Assembly (NCBI GenBank): GCA_038321985.1
Contig: JBBQFN010000010.1
Coordinates: forward strand, 32,001-96,000
Direction of reading: 5' to 3'
DNA length: 64,000 nt
DNA from: Cyanophyceae cyanobacterium
Lineage (GTDB): Bacteria; Cyanobacteriota; Cyanobacteriia; Cyanobacteriales; Laspinemataceae
Shown here in pieces: positions 20,751 through 31,227 of this stretch (its first letter is position 1; each line of letters opens with the position of its first letter). Under the pieces are notes generated by a model. It was not told the origin of the DNA. It ran no database searches and saw only the letters and a program-made list of their open reading frames with translations. The position numbers and the translations under genes are program-made.

Positions 20751-21104
20751 ATGAATTTTCAAGAAATCAACGGTGAAGACTACAGCGTACAATACCTTCC
20801 CGAATCGGCAACGGTTAAAATTCAAGGGGAATTGAGCCTCACAGGTTCAGCAGATTATGCTCCGATCGCCCAGTTACTCAACGAGATTGCTGAACTGAAT
20901 CCACCCACTATCACCCTAGACCTAAAACAGCTAGAGTTTCTGAATAGTTCGGGGATTAGTATGCTTTCTAAGTTTGCGATCGCCATGCGAAAAAAGCAAA
21001 CGATTCAACTCGCGGTAGTGGGTTCCGAGGAAATTTCCTGGCAACGAAAATCATTACAAAATTTTATCAAACTTTATCCTAATTTACAATTAACCCTAGA
21101 ATAA
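20751..21104 (+). CDS. Slr1659-family STAS (anti-anti-sigma-like) protein
   Basis: LDLKQLEFLNSSGISMLSKF phosphoacceptor motif; WQRKSLQN. Confidence 0.82.
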   Translation: MNFQEINGEDYSVQYLPESATVKIQGELSLTGSADYAPIAQLLNEIAELNPPTITLDLKQLEFLNSSGISMLSKFAIAMRKKQTIQLAVVGSEEISWQRKSLQNFIKLYPNLQLTLE

Positions 21105-21194
21105 ACTCAATTCTTTCTTAGAAAAATACCCTCTACCTCCAGCCTAGGTCTACCTTACTAAACTCTATCTATGGGGGTTAATTTAAGTTAAGGA

Positions 21195-21259
21195 GTAGGG
21201 CGCATCAGACCGATAAATTCTTGCTAAAAGCCCTCCTTTAATTATCTGACGCACCCTAC
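21195..21259. repeat. REPIN/MITE-like element with GTAG-terminated inverted repeats
   Basis: GTAGGGCGCATCAGA ... TCTGACGCACCCTAC (13/15 inverted match). Confidence 0.7.
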
Positions 21260-21271
21260 GGCTACACCGAG

Positions 21272-23866
21272 TTAGTTAGTTTTTGCTTCTAAATGTTCCA
21301 ACCGACTGCGTAACTCCTGGTTTTCTTTCTTAATCTGGTCGAGTTCTTGGCGTAACTGCTTAACCGCTTTGTCGGACCCGATATTTTTCTGAACCTTAGA
21401 AATTGCCTCTTCTGCAACTCGACGGACTCGCCCATCGGGGGTACTATCCGCTAAACTTTGTAAAATCCCCATTGCTTTGGGCGTTTCCATTTGTCCCAGT
21501 GCAGAAGCTACCGCGACTTGGGTCAGGAAAAAGGTTTCAGCCGATAAGTCGCCGAGGCGGTCCAAAATTCGCTCTAAGTTGCCCGGGGTTTGGCCCGTAG
21601 AAATGCCACCTAAAGCGCGAATTGAGGCTAATCGCAGGGGTTGGGGGACACCGTTGGCGGTATAGTTCAGAATGATATTCAAGGCGTCTTCGGAGGTTTT
21701 GAGCTTACTCAATCCGGAAATTGCCCCACTGCGAACGACTTCATTCCATCCCGCACGTTCATTGAGTACCCGTTGCAAGTGAGCGATCGCATCCCCTTCT
21801 TGCATCGGTTCCGTCCCTTTTCCACTACAGATAGAGGCGACTGCTCTTGTCGCGGCCGCTTCAACATTGTAACTGGCATCTCCCTGTTCGATCACCTGGG
21901 CGATCGCCTGATAGCTTTCTGGGGTTTTGTGGTGTGCCAATGTCTCTACCACCGCACAGCGCACCCGCGCATCTTCATCCTCTAATCCGACTACTAACTG
22001 CTCAAATCCTTGGTCTAATTTAATCTTTCCAAGTTGTTTGGCAACCTCTAGGCGCACTCCCCAGAATCGATCAGTTTTCAAGGCTGAACCGAGGGCTTTA
22101 AGCGTTTCTAATCCCCCTTTTTTCGCCAAGGCGATCGCCGCATAAATCCGCGAAACTGGGTCCGGGTCATGCTGCAACTGGGCTTTCAATTCCCCAATAG
22201 GATATTCTAACTGCACCGTTTTGAGGGTGGCATTTCCCACATCAAAACTGATATAACTTGGCTTTTCTGCTAAGGCGAAGTAGAAACTCTGATCACGCTG
22301 ATTCACTCGAACTGTAAAGATTTTGAGCGCTTCTCCACTCTTATATCCAAATCCAATCGGAATTTTTAGATCAAATAACTCCTTGTCATTCCCTTTTTCA
22401 CCCGTGGTTTTGACATGGCTTTGGGTGATGGTGACTTTGGCGAGTTTGCTGTCTCCATCCCAATTGTAAGCAACTTTATAATCGGGATGACCGCCGCGAT
22501 ACACATATTGGTCAAACAAGAACATCAAATTTCGACCCGTTGCCTTTTCAATGGCCCGTAACAGGTCTATCGTTTCTACAGTTTTATGGGCATTATCGTT
22601 AACAAAAGTATGAACCGCTTTAAAAAACAATTCATCCCCTAACTCCGCCCGAATCATGTGATAAACACAAGCGCCTTTTTCATACAGGTGGCGATCGTAG
22701 AGTTCGATCGCCTCCCGATAAACATGAGTGACAATGGGTCGCCGATAGCGGGTTTTGTCTTCATTCAAATAGCTACGCGCTTCATTCAGCAAATAATAAG
22801 CCGCATCTTCTGCGCCATATTCTTCATCGGTCCACAATACCTCGGCATAAGAGGCCATCCCTTCTTTAATCCAGGCATGAGACCAATGCTTAATTACCAC
22901 TAAATCCCCAAACCATTGGTGGGCGAGTTCGTGGGCGACTAAACTTTCGGTGCGTTGGTTATCCAACAGGGCGCGCTCATCCAACAAACAGCGATCGGTT
23001 AGTAGGGTTGTAGAAGTATTTTCCATCCCACCAAAGATAAAATCTTCTACACACACTTGGGCGTATTTGGGATAAGGATAAGCATAGCCAAAGGTCTTAC
23101 TAAAATATTCAATCATGCGCGGCGTTTTGCCCATACTGCGGCGGGCATCTTCTTCGCGACCTTTTTCCACATAATAGACGACGGGTTTGCCATTCCATTC
23201 GTCGCAAATTTCAGCAAAATCGCCGACTGCTAAGGTCATTAAATAGGTGGGATGCACCTGTTTTTGTAACCAGTGATAAATTTTATCGCTACCTTCTTCT
23301 TCAGTAGAAACCAGTTCTCCATTGGAAATTGCGAGGTAGGGTTTGGGAACCCGAACTCGGATTTCTGAGGTGGCGAGTTGTCCAGGATAGTCGAAGCAGG
23401 GGAACCAGAAGCGGGAGTCTTCATCCTCGCCTTGGGTCCAAACTTGGACGGATTTGTTCGGATAATGGACGTCTGGGGCGATAAAATAGATGCCACGCTG
23501 AGGCTGTTCGACGCTGTAGGCGACTTCCAGGGTGAGGGGTTTTTCCGCTTCCGTGGGTTGGGTCAGGTGAATCTCTAACCGTTCGCCGTCATAATCAAAG
23601 GGTTGGGGGGTACCGCTGATGTTGACGTCCTGAATATTCAAGTTCACCGCGTCTAACGTCAGGCGATCAATGCCGCTTCTAACGGGCATCAGTCGAATGC
23701 TGCAAGTCCCTTGATAGCTTTGATGAGCCAGATCAAGGGCTAAATCTAAAAAGATATGTTCGACTTGTCCCGGGCGATCAGGGTTGTAATGGGGTTTGGC
23801 CCCCGGAAGCTCAAAGGTTTTAGGACCGTTGTTTTCTGTATCAAAATAAGAGTATTGGTTTGACAT
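21272..23866 (-). CDS. pepN: M1 family aminopeptidase N with C-terminal HEAT repeats and coiled coil
   Basis: GGMEN exopeptidase motif; HELAHQWFG...IKEG zinc motif; YEKGA. Confidence 0.93.
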   Translation of the reverse strand: MSNQYSYFDTENNGPKTFELPGAKPHYNPDRPGQVEHIFLDLALDLAHQSYQGTCSIRLMPVRSGIDRLTLDAVNLNIQDVNISGTPQPFDYDGERLEIHLTQPTEAEKPLTLEVAYSVEQPQRGIYFIAPDVHYPNKSVQVWTQGEDEDSRFWFPCFDYPGQLATSEIRVRVPKPYLAISNGELVSTEEEGSDKIYHWLQKQVHPTYLMTLAVGDFAEICDEWNGKPVVYYVEKGREEDARRSMGKTPRMIEYFSKTFGYAYPYPKYAQVCVEDFIFGGMENTSTTLLTDRCLLDERALLDNQRTESLVAHELAHQWFGDLVVIKHWSHAWIKEGMASYAEVLWTDEEYGAEDAAYYLLNEARSYLNEDKTRYRRPIVTHVYREAIELYDRHLYEKGACVYHMIRAELGDELFFKAVHTFVNDNAHKTVETIDLLRAIEKATGRNLMFLFDQYVYRGGHPDYKVAYNWDGDSKLAKVTITQSHVKTTGEKGNDKELFDLKIPIGFGYKSGEALKIFTVRVNQRDQSFYFALAEKPSYISFDVGNATLKTVQLEYPIGELKAQLQHDPDPVSRIYAAIALAKKGGLETLKALGSALKTDRFWGVRLEVAKQLGKIKLDQGFEQLVVGLEDEDARVRCAVVETLAHHKTPESYQAIAQVIEQGDASYNVEAAATRAVASICSGKGTEPMQEGDAIAHLQRVLNERAGWNEVVRSGAISGLSKLKTSEDALNIILNYTANGVPQPLRLASIRALGGISTGQTPGNLERILDRLGDLSAETFFLTQVAVASALGQMETPKAMGILQSLADSTPDGRVRRVAEEAISKVQKNIGSDKAVKQLRQELDQIKKENQELRSRLEHLEAKTN

Positions 23867-24090
23867 GGTGATGAATCTATCTATCTGTAAGACTGAATGT
23901 ACAGCTCTTGACCTGATGAACGCTTATGTTATACAGGGTAACGCTTTGCCACGGCGATCACCACTCGGGATTACAGCCGGGGTAAGGGTCTGGCTATTTT
24001 AAAATAGAGGTAGTGCCTCCATTGCAGCTTCTAGAAGCAATGTCCGGTTTTTGCGCCGCTGGGCGTGGGTTGGGAATAGAGGGTTAAGAA

Positions 24091-25104
24091 TTGAGAATGA
24101 GCAAGTTAATCCGGGATTTAGAGTTCAACGATAGCACAGACTGGGTGTTGGGGATTGATGGCGGGGGGACGAAGACGGTTTGCCTGGTGATGAATGAAAC
24201 AGGAACGATCGCCGGACGGGGAGAGGCAGGGCCATCGAATTATCAGACGATTGGGTTGGCGGCGGCGGCAGGGTCGATCTCACAGGCGATCGCCTCAGCG
24301 GTGAGTTCGCTTCCCAATGTGGCGATCGCCGGAATCGGGGTGGGATTGGCAGGGGTTGGACGTTCCCAGGATGTCCAAGTGGTGCAAGGGTTGGTGGCAG
24401 ATTTACACCAAGACAGTCGCCTCCCGATTCGATGGAATCTGGGTTCTGAGGGGGTGGTAGTCACTCATGACTGTGCGATCGCCTTGGTAGGTGGAACGGG
24501 ATCGGCGTCTGGGGTGGCGATCGTTGCCGGTACGGGTTCGATCGCCTATGGTTGCAACCGCCAGGGAGAGAGTAAACGCGCCGGAGGGTGGGGGTATCTA
24601 TTTGGAGACGAAGGGAGTGGGTATCAAATTGCGATCGCCGGTTTACGAGCAGCCGCGCAGTCCCACGACGGTCGAGGACCCAGCACTTTACTTACCCATT
24701 CTTTCCTAGAATATCTCCATCTTAACCAGTTAGAAGAGCTCATCGAAGTTATCTATCGCCGGGGGTGGGGGGTGAAAGAAATTGCTGCCTTATCTCCTCT
24801 GGTTGATCGCGCTGCTGCTGCTGGGGATGCGATCGCCAACCAGATTCTGGATCAAGCCGCTGCCGAGTTAGTCCTCACCACCCAAACCGTTGCCTCGGCC
24901 CTATTTGCCCCGGATCAGGCATTTGAAGTGGTCACCATTGGCGGAGTTTGGCGGAGTGTTGCCAATCTGCGCGATCGCTTTTGTGAGTCTCTTTGCAGCC
25001 AATTTCCCGCCGTTCAAGTCATTTCCCCTCGCCATGAACCCGCTTATGGTGCCGGTTTGTTGGTGCTTGATCGTCTCCACAAGCGGGTATTCCCGAACGG
25101 GTAA
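24091..25104 (+). CDS. BadF/BadG/BcrA/BcrD-type N-acetylglucosamine / N-acetylmuramate kinase
   Basis: GIDGGGTKT, AGTGSIAYG, AGGWGYLFGDEGSGY. Confidence 0.88.
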   Translation: MRMSKLIRDLEFNDSTDWVLGIDGGGTKTVCLVMNETGTIAGRGEAGPSNYQTIGLAAAAGSISQAIASAVSSLPNVAIAGIGVGLAGVGRSQDVQVVQGLVADLHQDSRLPIRWNLGSEGVVVTHDCAIALVGGTGSASGVAIVAGTGSIAYGCNRQGESKRAGGWGYLFGDEGSGYQIAIAGLRAAAQSHDGRGPSTLLTHSFLEYLHLNQLEELIEVIYRRGWGVKEIAALSPLVDRAAAAGDAIANQILDQAAAELVLTTQTVASALFAPDQAFEVVTIGGVWRSVANLRDRFCESLCSQFPAVQVISPRHEPAYGAGLLVLDRLHKRVFPNG

Positions 25105-25614
25105 TTTAACAGGGTCTTAGAAAGAAATTTTAAAGTAGTCTATGGGCAAATTTGCCTTAATCGGTTGGGTCGTTTGTTAGGAGTAAATTATCATAAAATC
25201 TTGTAGCGATAAACCCTAAAATGCTAATTTCGCAAGCTATAGTTGCTGTAAAATTTACTTTGATCTAGCCATAGCAGTCGCCTGCTCATCTCATCAATAT
25301 TTTATCCCAGTTGGCCCAAGCTCGCCCCTCCTCCGGAATATCATTCCTTCAGACTAACCTTTAATTCTTAATTCAGAAAGTCGGGTCTAAATCGATACTC
25401 TGATGAATAAGACTGACTTAAATACCCCACTCCATGACTCCTTTGGAGATATTCCTACAGTATTTAAGCCCTCTCTAATTTGCAGATGAGAGGGCAGTTT
25501 TTTACGCTACTCAATGCGCAGATCGTAAAGCCGATAATTCAACAGCGTCTACCCGCCAGAAAATTGGCCGGCCAATCTTGTTTAGAATGAGTTGCAAGAT
25601 ATTTCCCCGGAATC

Positions 25615-26562
25615 ATGGCAGAAACCAGCCCCTTAACCCCCCAAGAGACCTCTGATGGGTCTTTTACATTTTATTCACCGGAATTTGGCGAACTGTTTCA
25701 CTCGTACCACGGGGCGCGGCAGGAGGCCCAGTGTAAATTTGTAAAACCTACGGAGTTAGCCTTGCAAGCCCAAAAACCAGTGGTGCGGTTGCTTGACTTG
25801 TGCTATGGATTGGGATATAATACTGCATCAGCATTAGAGACAATTTGGTTAATTAATCCAACTTGTTGTGTGGAGTGGATCGGATTGGAATTGGATGCGA
25901 CCATCCCACAAGCAGCGATCGCCCAAGGGTTGTTACAAAGCTGGCGATCGCCCATTCCCGAACTTCTAGGTGAACTGGTTAGAGAAGAGAAAGACACTGG
26001 ATCTAGTCTCTCGGGGTTCCCTTCTTCAGTCTTGAGGTTGCACGGAAACTCCATGGTTTCACGCACTCTGAATACCCCGCAGTTCCAGGCTGGGTTATGG
26101 ATAGGAGATGCCCGACAAACCATTCAACTGGTCGTCAATCAGGGGTTTCAAGCCGATGCTATATTTCTAGACCCCTTTTCACCTCCCAATTGTCCGCAAC
26201 TGTGGACAGTGGAATTTTTAGGATGGGTGGCGCAGTGTCTGAGTCCGACGGGGAGATTGGCGACTTATTCTTGTGCTGCCGCCGTCAGAACGGCATTAAT
26301 GGCAGCCGGATTAAAAATAGGGGCCACTGCGCCGGTGGGGAGGCGATCGCCGGGAACGGTAGCGAGTTATGGCGATTTCGATTTACCCCCACTCTCCAAG
26401 CAAGAACAGGAACATTTACAAACTCGGGCGGCGACTGCCTACCGGGACCCCAATCTGTCCGATTCAGCGGAGGAAATTCGGCAACGGCGTCAACAAGAGC
26501 AAGACTCCTCAAAGTTAGAACCCACCTCTAGTTGGAAAAAAAGATGGGCCAGTATTAGATAA
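25615..26562 (+). CDS. mnmD: Stand-alone MnmC-methyltransferase-domain (MnmD-like) tRNA mnm5s2U34 methyltransferase
   Basis: TSDGSFTFYS...FHS..GARQEA, DLCYGLGYN SAM motif, FLDPFSPPNCPQLWT, ATYSCAAAVR. Confidence 0.82.
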   Translation: MAETSPLTPQETSDGSFTFYSPEFGELFHSYHGARQEAQCKFVKPTELALQAQKPVVRLLDLCYGLGYNTASALETIWLINPTCCVEWIGLELDATIPQAAIAQGLLQSWRSPIPELLGELVREEKDTGSSLSGFPSSVLRLHGNSMVSRTLNTPQFQAGLWIGDARQTIQLVVNQGFQADAIFLDPFSPPNCPQLWTVEFLGWVAQCLSPTGRLATYSCAAAVRTALMAAGLKIGATAPVGRRSPGTVASYGDFDLPPLSKQEQEHLQTRAATAYRDPNLSDSAEEIRQRRQQEQDSSKLEPTSSWKKRWASIR

Positions 26563-26926
26563 AAAAAACCTGGAATCCCTACTCTTGAAGGGAATGGCGA
26601 TCGCAAAAAGGGCAGGCTCTTGTCTATTGTTACACTAATGTTACCCAACCAAGACACCCCTAAACCGGATCCTCTCCCTATCATCCATACGGTGATCCGG
26701 CTAAAATCTCATTCTGTGCAGTAGAATAAACTTTACATTTTGTAAAAAAAATGAGCTAGTGTGGAAAAACTCCTGCCTCCTTTATAAAGTCTTCATAAAA
26801 CCCAGGATTTTTTAAACAAGCACGGTCCAAATAATGTAAAGATGGTAAGAGATAGTACAAAAAGCGATTAATTTACTCAGTCGCTTGACGGAGCACTAGC
26901 TAATAGAAATACTCAGAGCAAGGTGT

Positions 26927-27994
26927 TTGTCTGTGAACTTCCTTGATGTAGAACAATCCAAAATTCTCGTCGTAGATGATCATCCAGCCAGCCGGATGAC
27001 GGCAGTGGCTCTTTTGTCCGTAGAAGGGTATGAAATTCTTGAAGCCGATAGCGGCCCTAGCGCACTCGCTTGCGTGAAAGAAACTCAACCCGATTTAATT
27101 CTGCTGGACGTAATGATGCCCGGAATGGATGGATTTGAGGTGTGCCGCAATCTGAAACAAGATGAGCAAACTCGCCTCATTCCCATCATTTTCGTGACTG
27201 CTCTAAATGATCGCCGATCGCGGATCCGGGGGATTGAAGCTGGAGGTGATGACTTCCTAACCAAACCCTTCGATCATCTAGAACTAACCGCGCGGGTTAA
27301 ATCCCTGGTCCGCCAAAAACGTCTTAACGAAGACCTAGACCACGCGGAACAGGTCCTCTTTTCCATCGCCCGGACGGTGGAAAGCCGAGATCCCAATACG
27401 GGAGATCACTGCGAACGCTTAGTCTCCCGGGGGCAGGCATTTGGGGAATTTCTCCATCTCTCGCGCAATGACATTCGCGATTTAATGTGGGGGGGATACC
27501 TTCATGATATCGGCAAAGTGGGTATTCCAGATGCCGTTCTCATGAAAATGGGTAAACTCACGGCCCAAGAATGGGAAATCATGAAACAGCACGTCGTGAT
27601 AGGGGAAAAAATTTGTTTACCCCTGAGAACCATGCGCGGCGTCCGTCCCCTAATTCGCCATCATCACGAACGGTGGGATGGTACTGGATACCCGGATGGG
27701 TTGATAGGGAATGAAATTCCCTACATCGCTCAAGTGTTTCAAGTCGTGGACATTTACGACGCCCTCACCAGCGAACGGCCCTATAAACAGGCGTTCACTT
27801 CCGAAAAAGCCCTAGAAATTATGGCGGAGGAAACGGCGAAGGGATGGCGTAACCCGCAACTGGTCGAACAATTTACGACTTTCATTCGGACAACGGAGAT
27901 GGGTCACCCGGCAAAGGCCCTCAATCACCTCCAATTATTTGATCCCGAGGAACCCGCCGCGATCGCCGGAAGTTGGCGTCTTGCTAATGGCTAG
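26927..27994 (+). CDS. Response regulator with HD-GYP c-di-GMP phosphodiesterase domain
   Basis: REC (VVDD, LLDVMMP, KP), LHDIGK, HHHERWDGTGYPDG, DIYDAL..RPYK. Confidence 0.93.
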   Translation: MSVNFLDVEQSKILVVDDHPASRMTAVALLSVEGYEILEADSGPSALACVKETQPDLILLDVMMPGMDGFEVCRNLKQDEQTRLIPIIFVTALNDRRSRIRGIEAGGDDFLTKPFDHLELTARVKSLVRQKRLNEDLDHAEQVLFSIARTVESRDPNTGDHCERLVSRGQAFGEFLHLSRNDIRDLMWGGYLHDIGKVGIPDAVLMKMGKLTAQEWEIMKQHVVIGEKICLPLRTMRGVRPLIRHHHERWDGTGYPDGLIGNEIPYIAQVFQVVDIYDALTSERPYKQAFTSEKALEIMAEETAKGWRNPQLVEQFTTFIRTTEMGHPAKALNHLQLFDPEEPAAIAGSWRLANG

Positions 27995-28118
27995 GCCCCG
28001 GATTTTTCCGGGGCGATCGCCCTGAACTGAAGCGTTCAAGATATCATTTTTGGATGAGATTGCTTCAATGGCGCAGAAACCGCGATATACTCCGGTGAGA
28101 ATAACGGGCTGAAAGAAA

Positions 28119-29477
28119 ATGGTAGCAGTAGCGATTTTAGCCGCTGGACGCGGGACACGCATGAAATCAGACCTGCCAAAGGTCTTACATCCTTTGGGGG
28201 GGCGATCGCTTGTTGAACGGGTACTCGATAGTCTCTCGGCAATTCAACCTTCCCGACGTTTAATTATCGTCGGCTATCGAGGGGAACTCGTCCAAAATGA
28301 ACTGAGCGATCGATTCTCTAATTTAGAATTTGTCGAACAAAAAGAGCAATTGGGAACGGGTCACGCTGTCCAACAAGTAATTCCGTATTTAAAAGAATTT
28401 AGCGGGGATTTGTTGGTCCTGAATGGAGATGTGCCGCTATTGCGACCGGAAACCATTGAGCGCTTGCTGACCACCCACAAAGAACAAGGGAATGCCGCCA
28501 CAATTCTGACCGCGCAACTGCCGGATCCCAAAGGCTATGGCCGGGTATTTTGTGACAGCGAAAACCTGCTCAAAGAAATTGTAGAGGACCGAGACTGCAC
28601 CGCCGCTCAAAAGCAGAATCGGCGGATTAATGCCGGGGTTTACTGCTTCCGTTGGGCGGATTTGGCCCGGGTTTTACCCCAATTAAAATCGGAAAATGAC
28701 CAGGCAGAATATTATCTGACCGATGCGGTTAATTACCTAAATCCGGTGCGGATTTTAGATGTGGAGGATTATCAGGAAATTCTCGGCATCAACGATCGCC
28801 AGCAATTGTCAAAAGCCTATCAAATTTTGCAGACTCGGGTTAAAAATGAGTGGATGGCAGCAGGGGTCACCCTCATCGACCCAGATAGCATTACCATCGA
28901 TGATACGGTGACCCTCGCCCCAGATGCTATCATTGAGCCCCAAACCCACCTGCGCGGCGAGACTACTATCGGTTCTGGTTCTCGTATCGGTCCAGGGACG
29001 CTGATTGAAAATAGTCAGATTGGCGACCGGACCACGGTTTTATACTCGGTGATAACTGATAGTACGGTGGCAGCGGGAACAAGAGTCGGACCTTACGCTC
29101 ACCTACGCGGTCAGGCCCAGGTGGGAGAAGGCTGCCGCATTGGTAACTTTGTAGAATTAAAGAATACAAAGTTAGGAGACCGTAGCAATGTATCTCACTT
29201 ATCTTATTTAGGCGATACAACCACGGGCGATCGGGTGAATATTGGTGCCGGAACAATTACTGCCAATTACGATGGGGTAAACAAACATCCCACGCACATC
29301 GGCAGCGGTACTAAAACCGGCTCAAATAGCGTCTTAGTCGCGCCGGTTAAACTAGGAGAAAACGTCACTATTGCCGCCGGTTCTACGATTACCGACGATG
29401 TGGAAGATGACAGTTTGGCGATCGCCCGCGCCAGACAAGTGGTCAAAAAAGGCTGGAAACTGAAGGCGAAGGAGTAG
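28119..29477 (+). CDS. glmU: Bifunctional UDP-GlcNAc pyrophosphorylase / GlcN-1-P acetyltransferase
   Basis: [20 protein letters not shown], hexapeptide repeats, HLSYLGD, NYDG. Confidence 0.97.
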   Translation: MVAVAILAAGRGTRMKSDLPKVLHPLGGRSLVERVLDSLSAIQPSRRLIIVGYRGELVQNELSDRFSNLEFVEQKEQLGTGHAVQQVIPYLKEFSGDLLVLNGDVPLLRPETIERLLTTHKEQGNAATILTAQLPDPKGYGRVFCDSENLLKEIVEDRDCTAAQKQNRRINAGVYCFRWADLARVLPQLKSENDQAEYYLTDAVNYLNPVRILDVEDYQEILGINDRQQLSKAYQILQTRVKNEWMAAGVTLIDPDSITIDDTVTLAPDAIIEPQTHLRGETTIGSGSRIGPGTLIENSQIGDRTTVLYSVITDSTVAAGTRVGPYAHLRGQAQVGEGCRIGNFVELKNTKLGDRSNVSHLSYLGDTTTGDRVNIGAGTITANYDGVNKHPTHIGSGTKTGSNSVLVAPVKLGENVTIAAGSTITDDVEDDSLAIARARQVVKKGWKLKAKE

Positions 29478-29563
29478 AAAATCCTACACCGAAGTAGAGA
29501 CAACGCAGCAGAGACGTGAATTTTCGCGTCTCTGTCCCCTAGGTTTGGTCACCCCAGGCACAA

Positions 29564-30475
29564 TTAGGGAGACCCCCAAGTATTATTTTCCACAGTCGTT
29601 TCGACCAACTTTACGCGATCGCTATCATTGGATAAATGGATAAACTCGTTGTTGGCGATCGTGCTATTTTCAACAATGATTGTACTACCTTCTTCCCAAA
29701 CTCGAAAGAAATAATTATTATCAGAATTGTAATCGGTAACGCGGTTTTCAAAAAATTGACAGTTTTTAAATCGCACATCCCCCCTGAGTACCGTTGCGGT
29801 TACCATTCCCTGATAGGAGTCATTATTATAAAATTGGCAGTCTTCCCCTAAAAACTCCGTGATGGATTCGAGATATATAATTCCATAGGTACATTCTTTA
29901 ATCGTAGAACCCTTCACCTTAAGATTTCTGCTGTTTTGTGCGGAAATTCCATAGGTTCCGCATCCAAAGAGAATACAGCGGTCGAGGGTGATATTTTCAC
30001 AATCCACGAAGCTAAAAACACTCCCACTACATAAGGATTTTTTAGGCCAATGTCCAGATTCTATATTGGTTATCGTAATATTTTGGCAGTTCCTGAACGT
30101 GATCACATTCGGATAACCCGCTTCAAGACTAATCAAAGAAGCGGTGGGATTTGCTCCCACTAAACTCAGGTTTTCTACGCCAGAAATTACCAACCCATAT
30201 CCATCAAAATCCTCTTCCATAAAGGCATTAGCCCACCTCAACTCTGGGGTAAGTTCTGATAAATTGTAGTGAGGTGAGATTAACTTCAACGTTCGGTTAG
30301 ATCCGATGCTTCTAAAGAATGCTTCGGGGTTACTCACTTCGATTTCATTCCGGACTTGGGCGGTCGTCTGTTGCCCTTGTACCATTGCCCCAGTCACCCC
30401 TACTAACCCCAATAACCCGGAGAAAAACTTACGCCGTTTAACTTTTACCATCTGAATCCCAACCTGAATGGTCAT
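29564..30475 (-). CDS. Exported right-handed parallel beta-helix protein with Tat-like signal
   Basis: KRRKFFSGLLG twin-arginine signal; repeated C.NITI/ITL..C beta-helix turns. Confidence 0.75.
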   Translation of the reverse strand: MTIQVGIQMVKVKRRKFFSGLLGLVGVTGAMVQGQQTTAQVRNEIEVSNPEAFFRSIGSNRTLKLISPHYNLSELTPELRWANAFMEEDFDGYGLVISGVENLSLVGANPTASLISLEAGYPNVITFRNCQNITITNIESGHWPKKSLCSGSVFSFVDCENITLDRCILFGCGTYGISAQNSRNLKVKGSTIKECTYGIIYLESITEFLGEDCQFYNNDSYQGMVTATVLRGDVRFKNCQFFENRVTDYNSDNNYFFRVWEEGSTIIVENSTIANNEFIHLSNDSDRVKLVETTVENNTWGSP

Positions 30476-30727
30476 CTTTTTCTAGTAAGCTAACACAGGG
30501 ATTAGACTTCTGCCAACCGGATAAACTTCGGGACCCTCCTTGAAGAATACCCTATGGAGGGGCAGAAGATTATGAATCCCAGGAGTTAGAAAAGCACATG
30601 AGGCGATCGCAAATTCTCGATCTCGCTTTAGAGTTAATCCTACCCCCGGCAGCACTCGATCCCACAACATCCACAGAAACTCGATAAACTAGAAAAGGGC
30701 CTCTTGTCTTTATCCTGGAGTCACATC

Positions 30728-30895
30728 ATGGTTTGGTTATTCTCGCTATTTTTTGTTTTACTGTTAATTTCTGCGACCCCGTTGCTGGGAACGTTGAAAG
30801 TTAGGTGGTCCTTTGAAATTATGGTGGGATTATTTGCCTTTTTTGCTGTCGCAGGTTGGGGGCTGTTTTTGGGGTATTCCCTCTTTTTCCAGTAA
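30728..30895 (+). CDS. Small hydrophobic two-helix membrane peptide, 55 aa
   Basis: GGAG 7 nt before ATG 30728; MVWLFSLFFVLLLISATPLLG...GLFAFFAVAGWGLFLGYSLFFQ. Confidence 0.6.
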   Translation: MVWLFSLFFVLLLISATPLLGTLKVRWSFEIMVGLFAFFAVAGWGLFLGYSLFFQ

Positions 30896-30904
30896 CCCAA
30901 TATC

Positions 30905-31221
30905 AATAATAATCCCGTCAGAGTAACTCTGACGGGATTGATTCGTATAATTGGTTCGTTATAGTGTCCAGACCATTTGTCAATTTAAAACGACAGACTA
31001 CCTAATCGGTCTGATTTAGCACCCAACTCTTGATGCCCTTGACCTTATGTCTCTACTATAAAAGATGAGTCCCCTGGAGTAGTCTGTCTGGGGAGAGAAC
31101 TATCTCTCTGCCTTTTGTGAGACTTACCCAAGTAGCTTACTCTACTGTGGGGTAGAGAGAGATTACTCGGGGGCAGTCGCTTTTTCCAGGGTTTGATATA
31201 TATGAGCGCACAGATCCCCAT
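30905..31221 (-). ncRNA. Candidate structured non-coding RNA (~310 nt), family not recognised
   Basis: Promoter directly upstream, terminal hairpin, many nested stems, and G-U wobbles that form only on the minus strand. Confidence 0.55.
30911..30939. terminator. Perfect 13-bp hairpin, probable terminator of the minus-strand RNA and possibly of the small ORF
   Basis: AATCCCGTCAGAG-TAA-CTCTGACGGGATT; AU-rich tail on the minus strand. Confidence 0.6.
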
Positions 31222-31227
31222 AATAAA

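Noticed and set aside
31045..31221. Leaderless 58-aa ORF (MGICALIYIKPWKKRLPP...) starting at the predicted TSS of the RNA candidate
   Set aside because: No recognisable protein features, and dense base-pairing explains the sequence better; not fully excluded without Ribo-seq.
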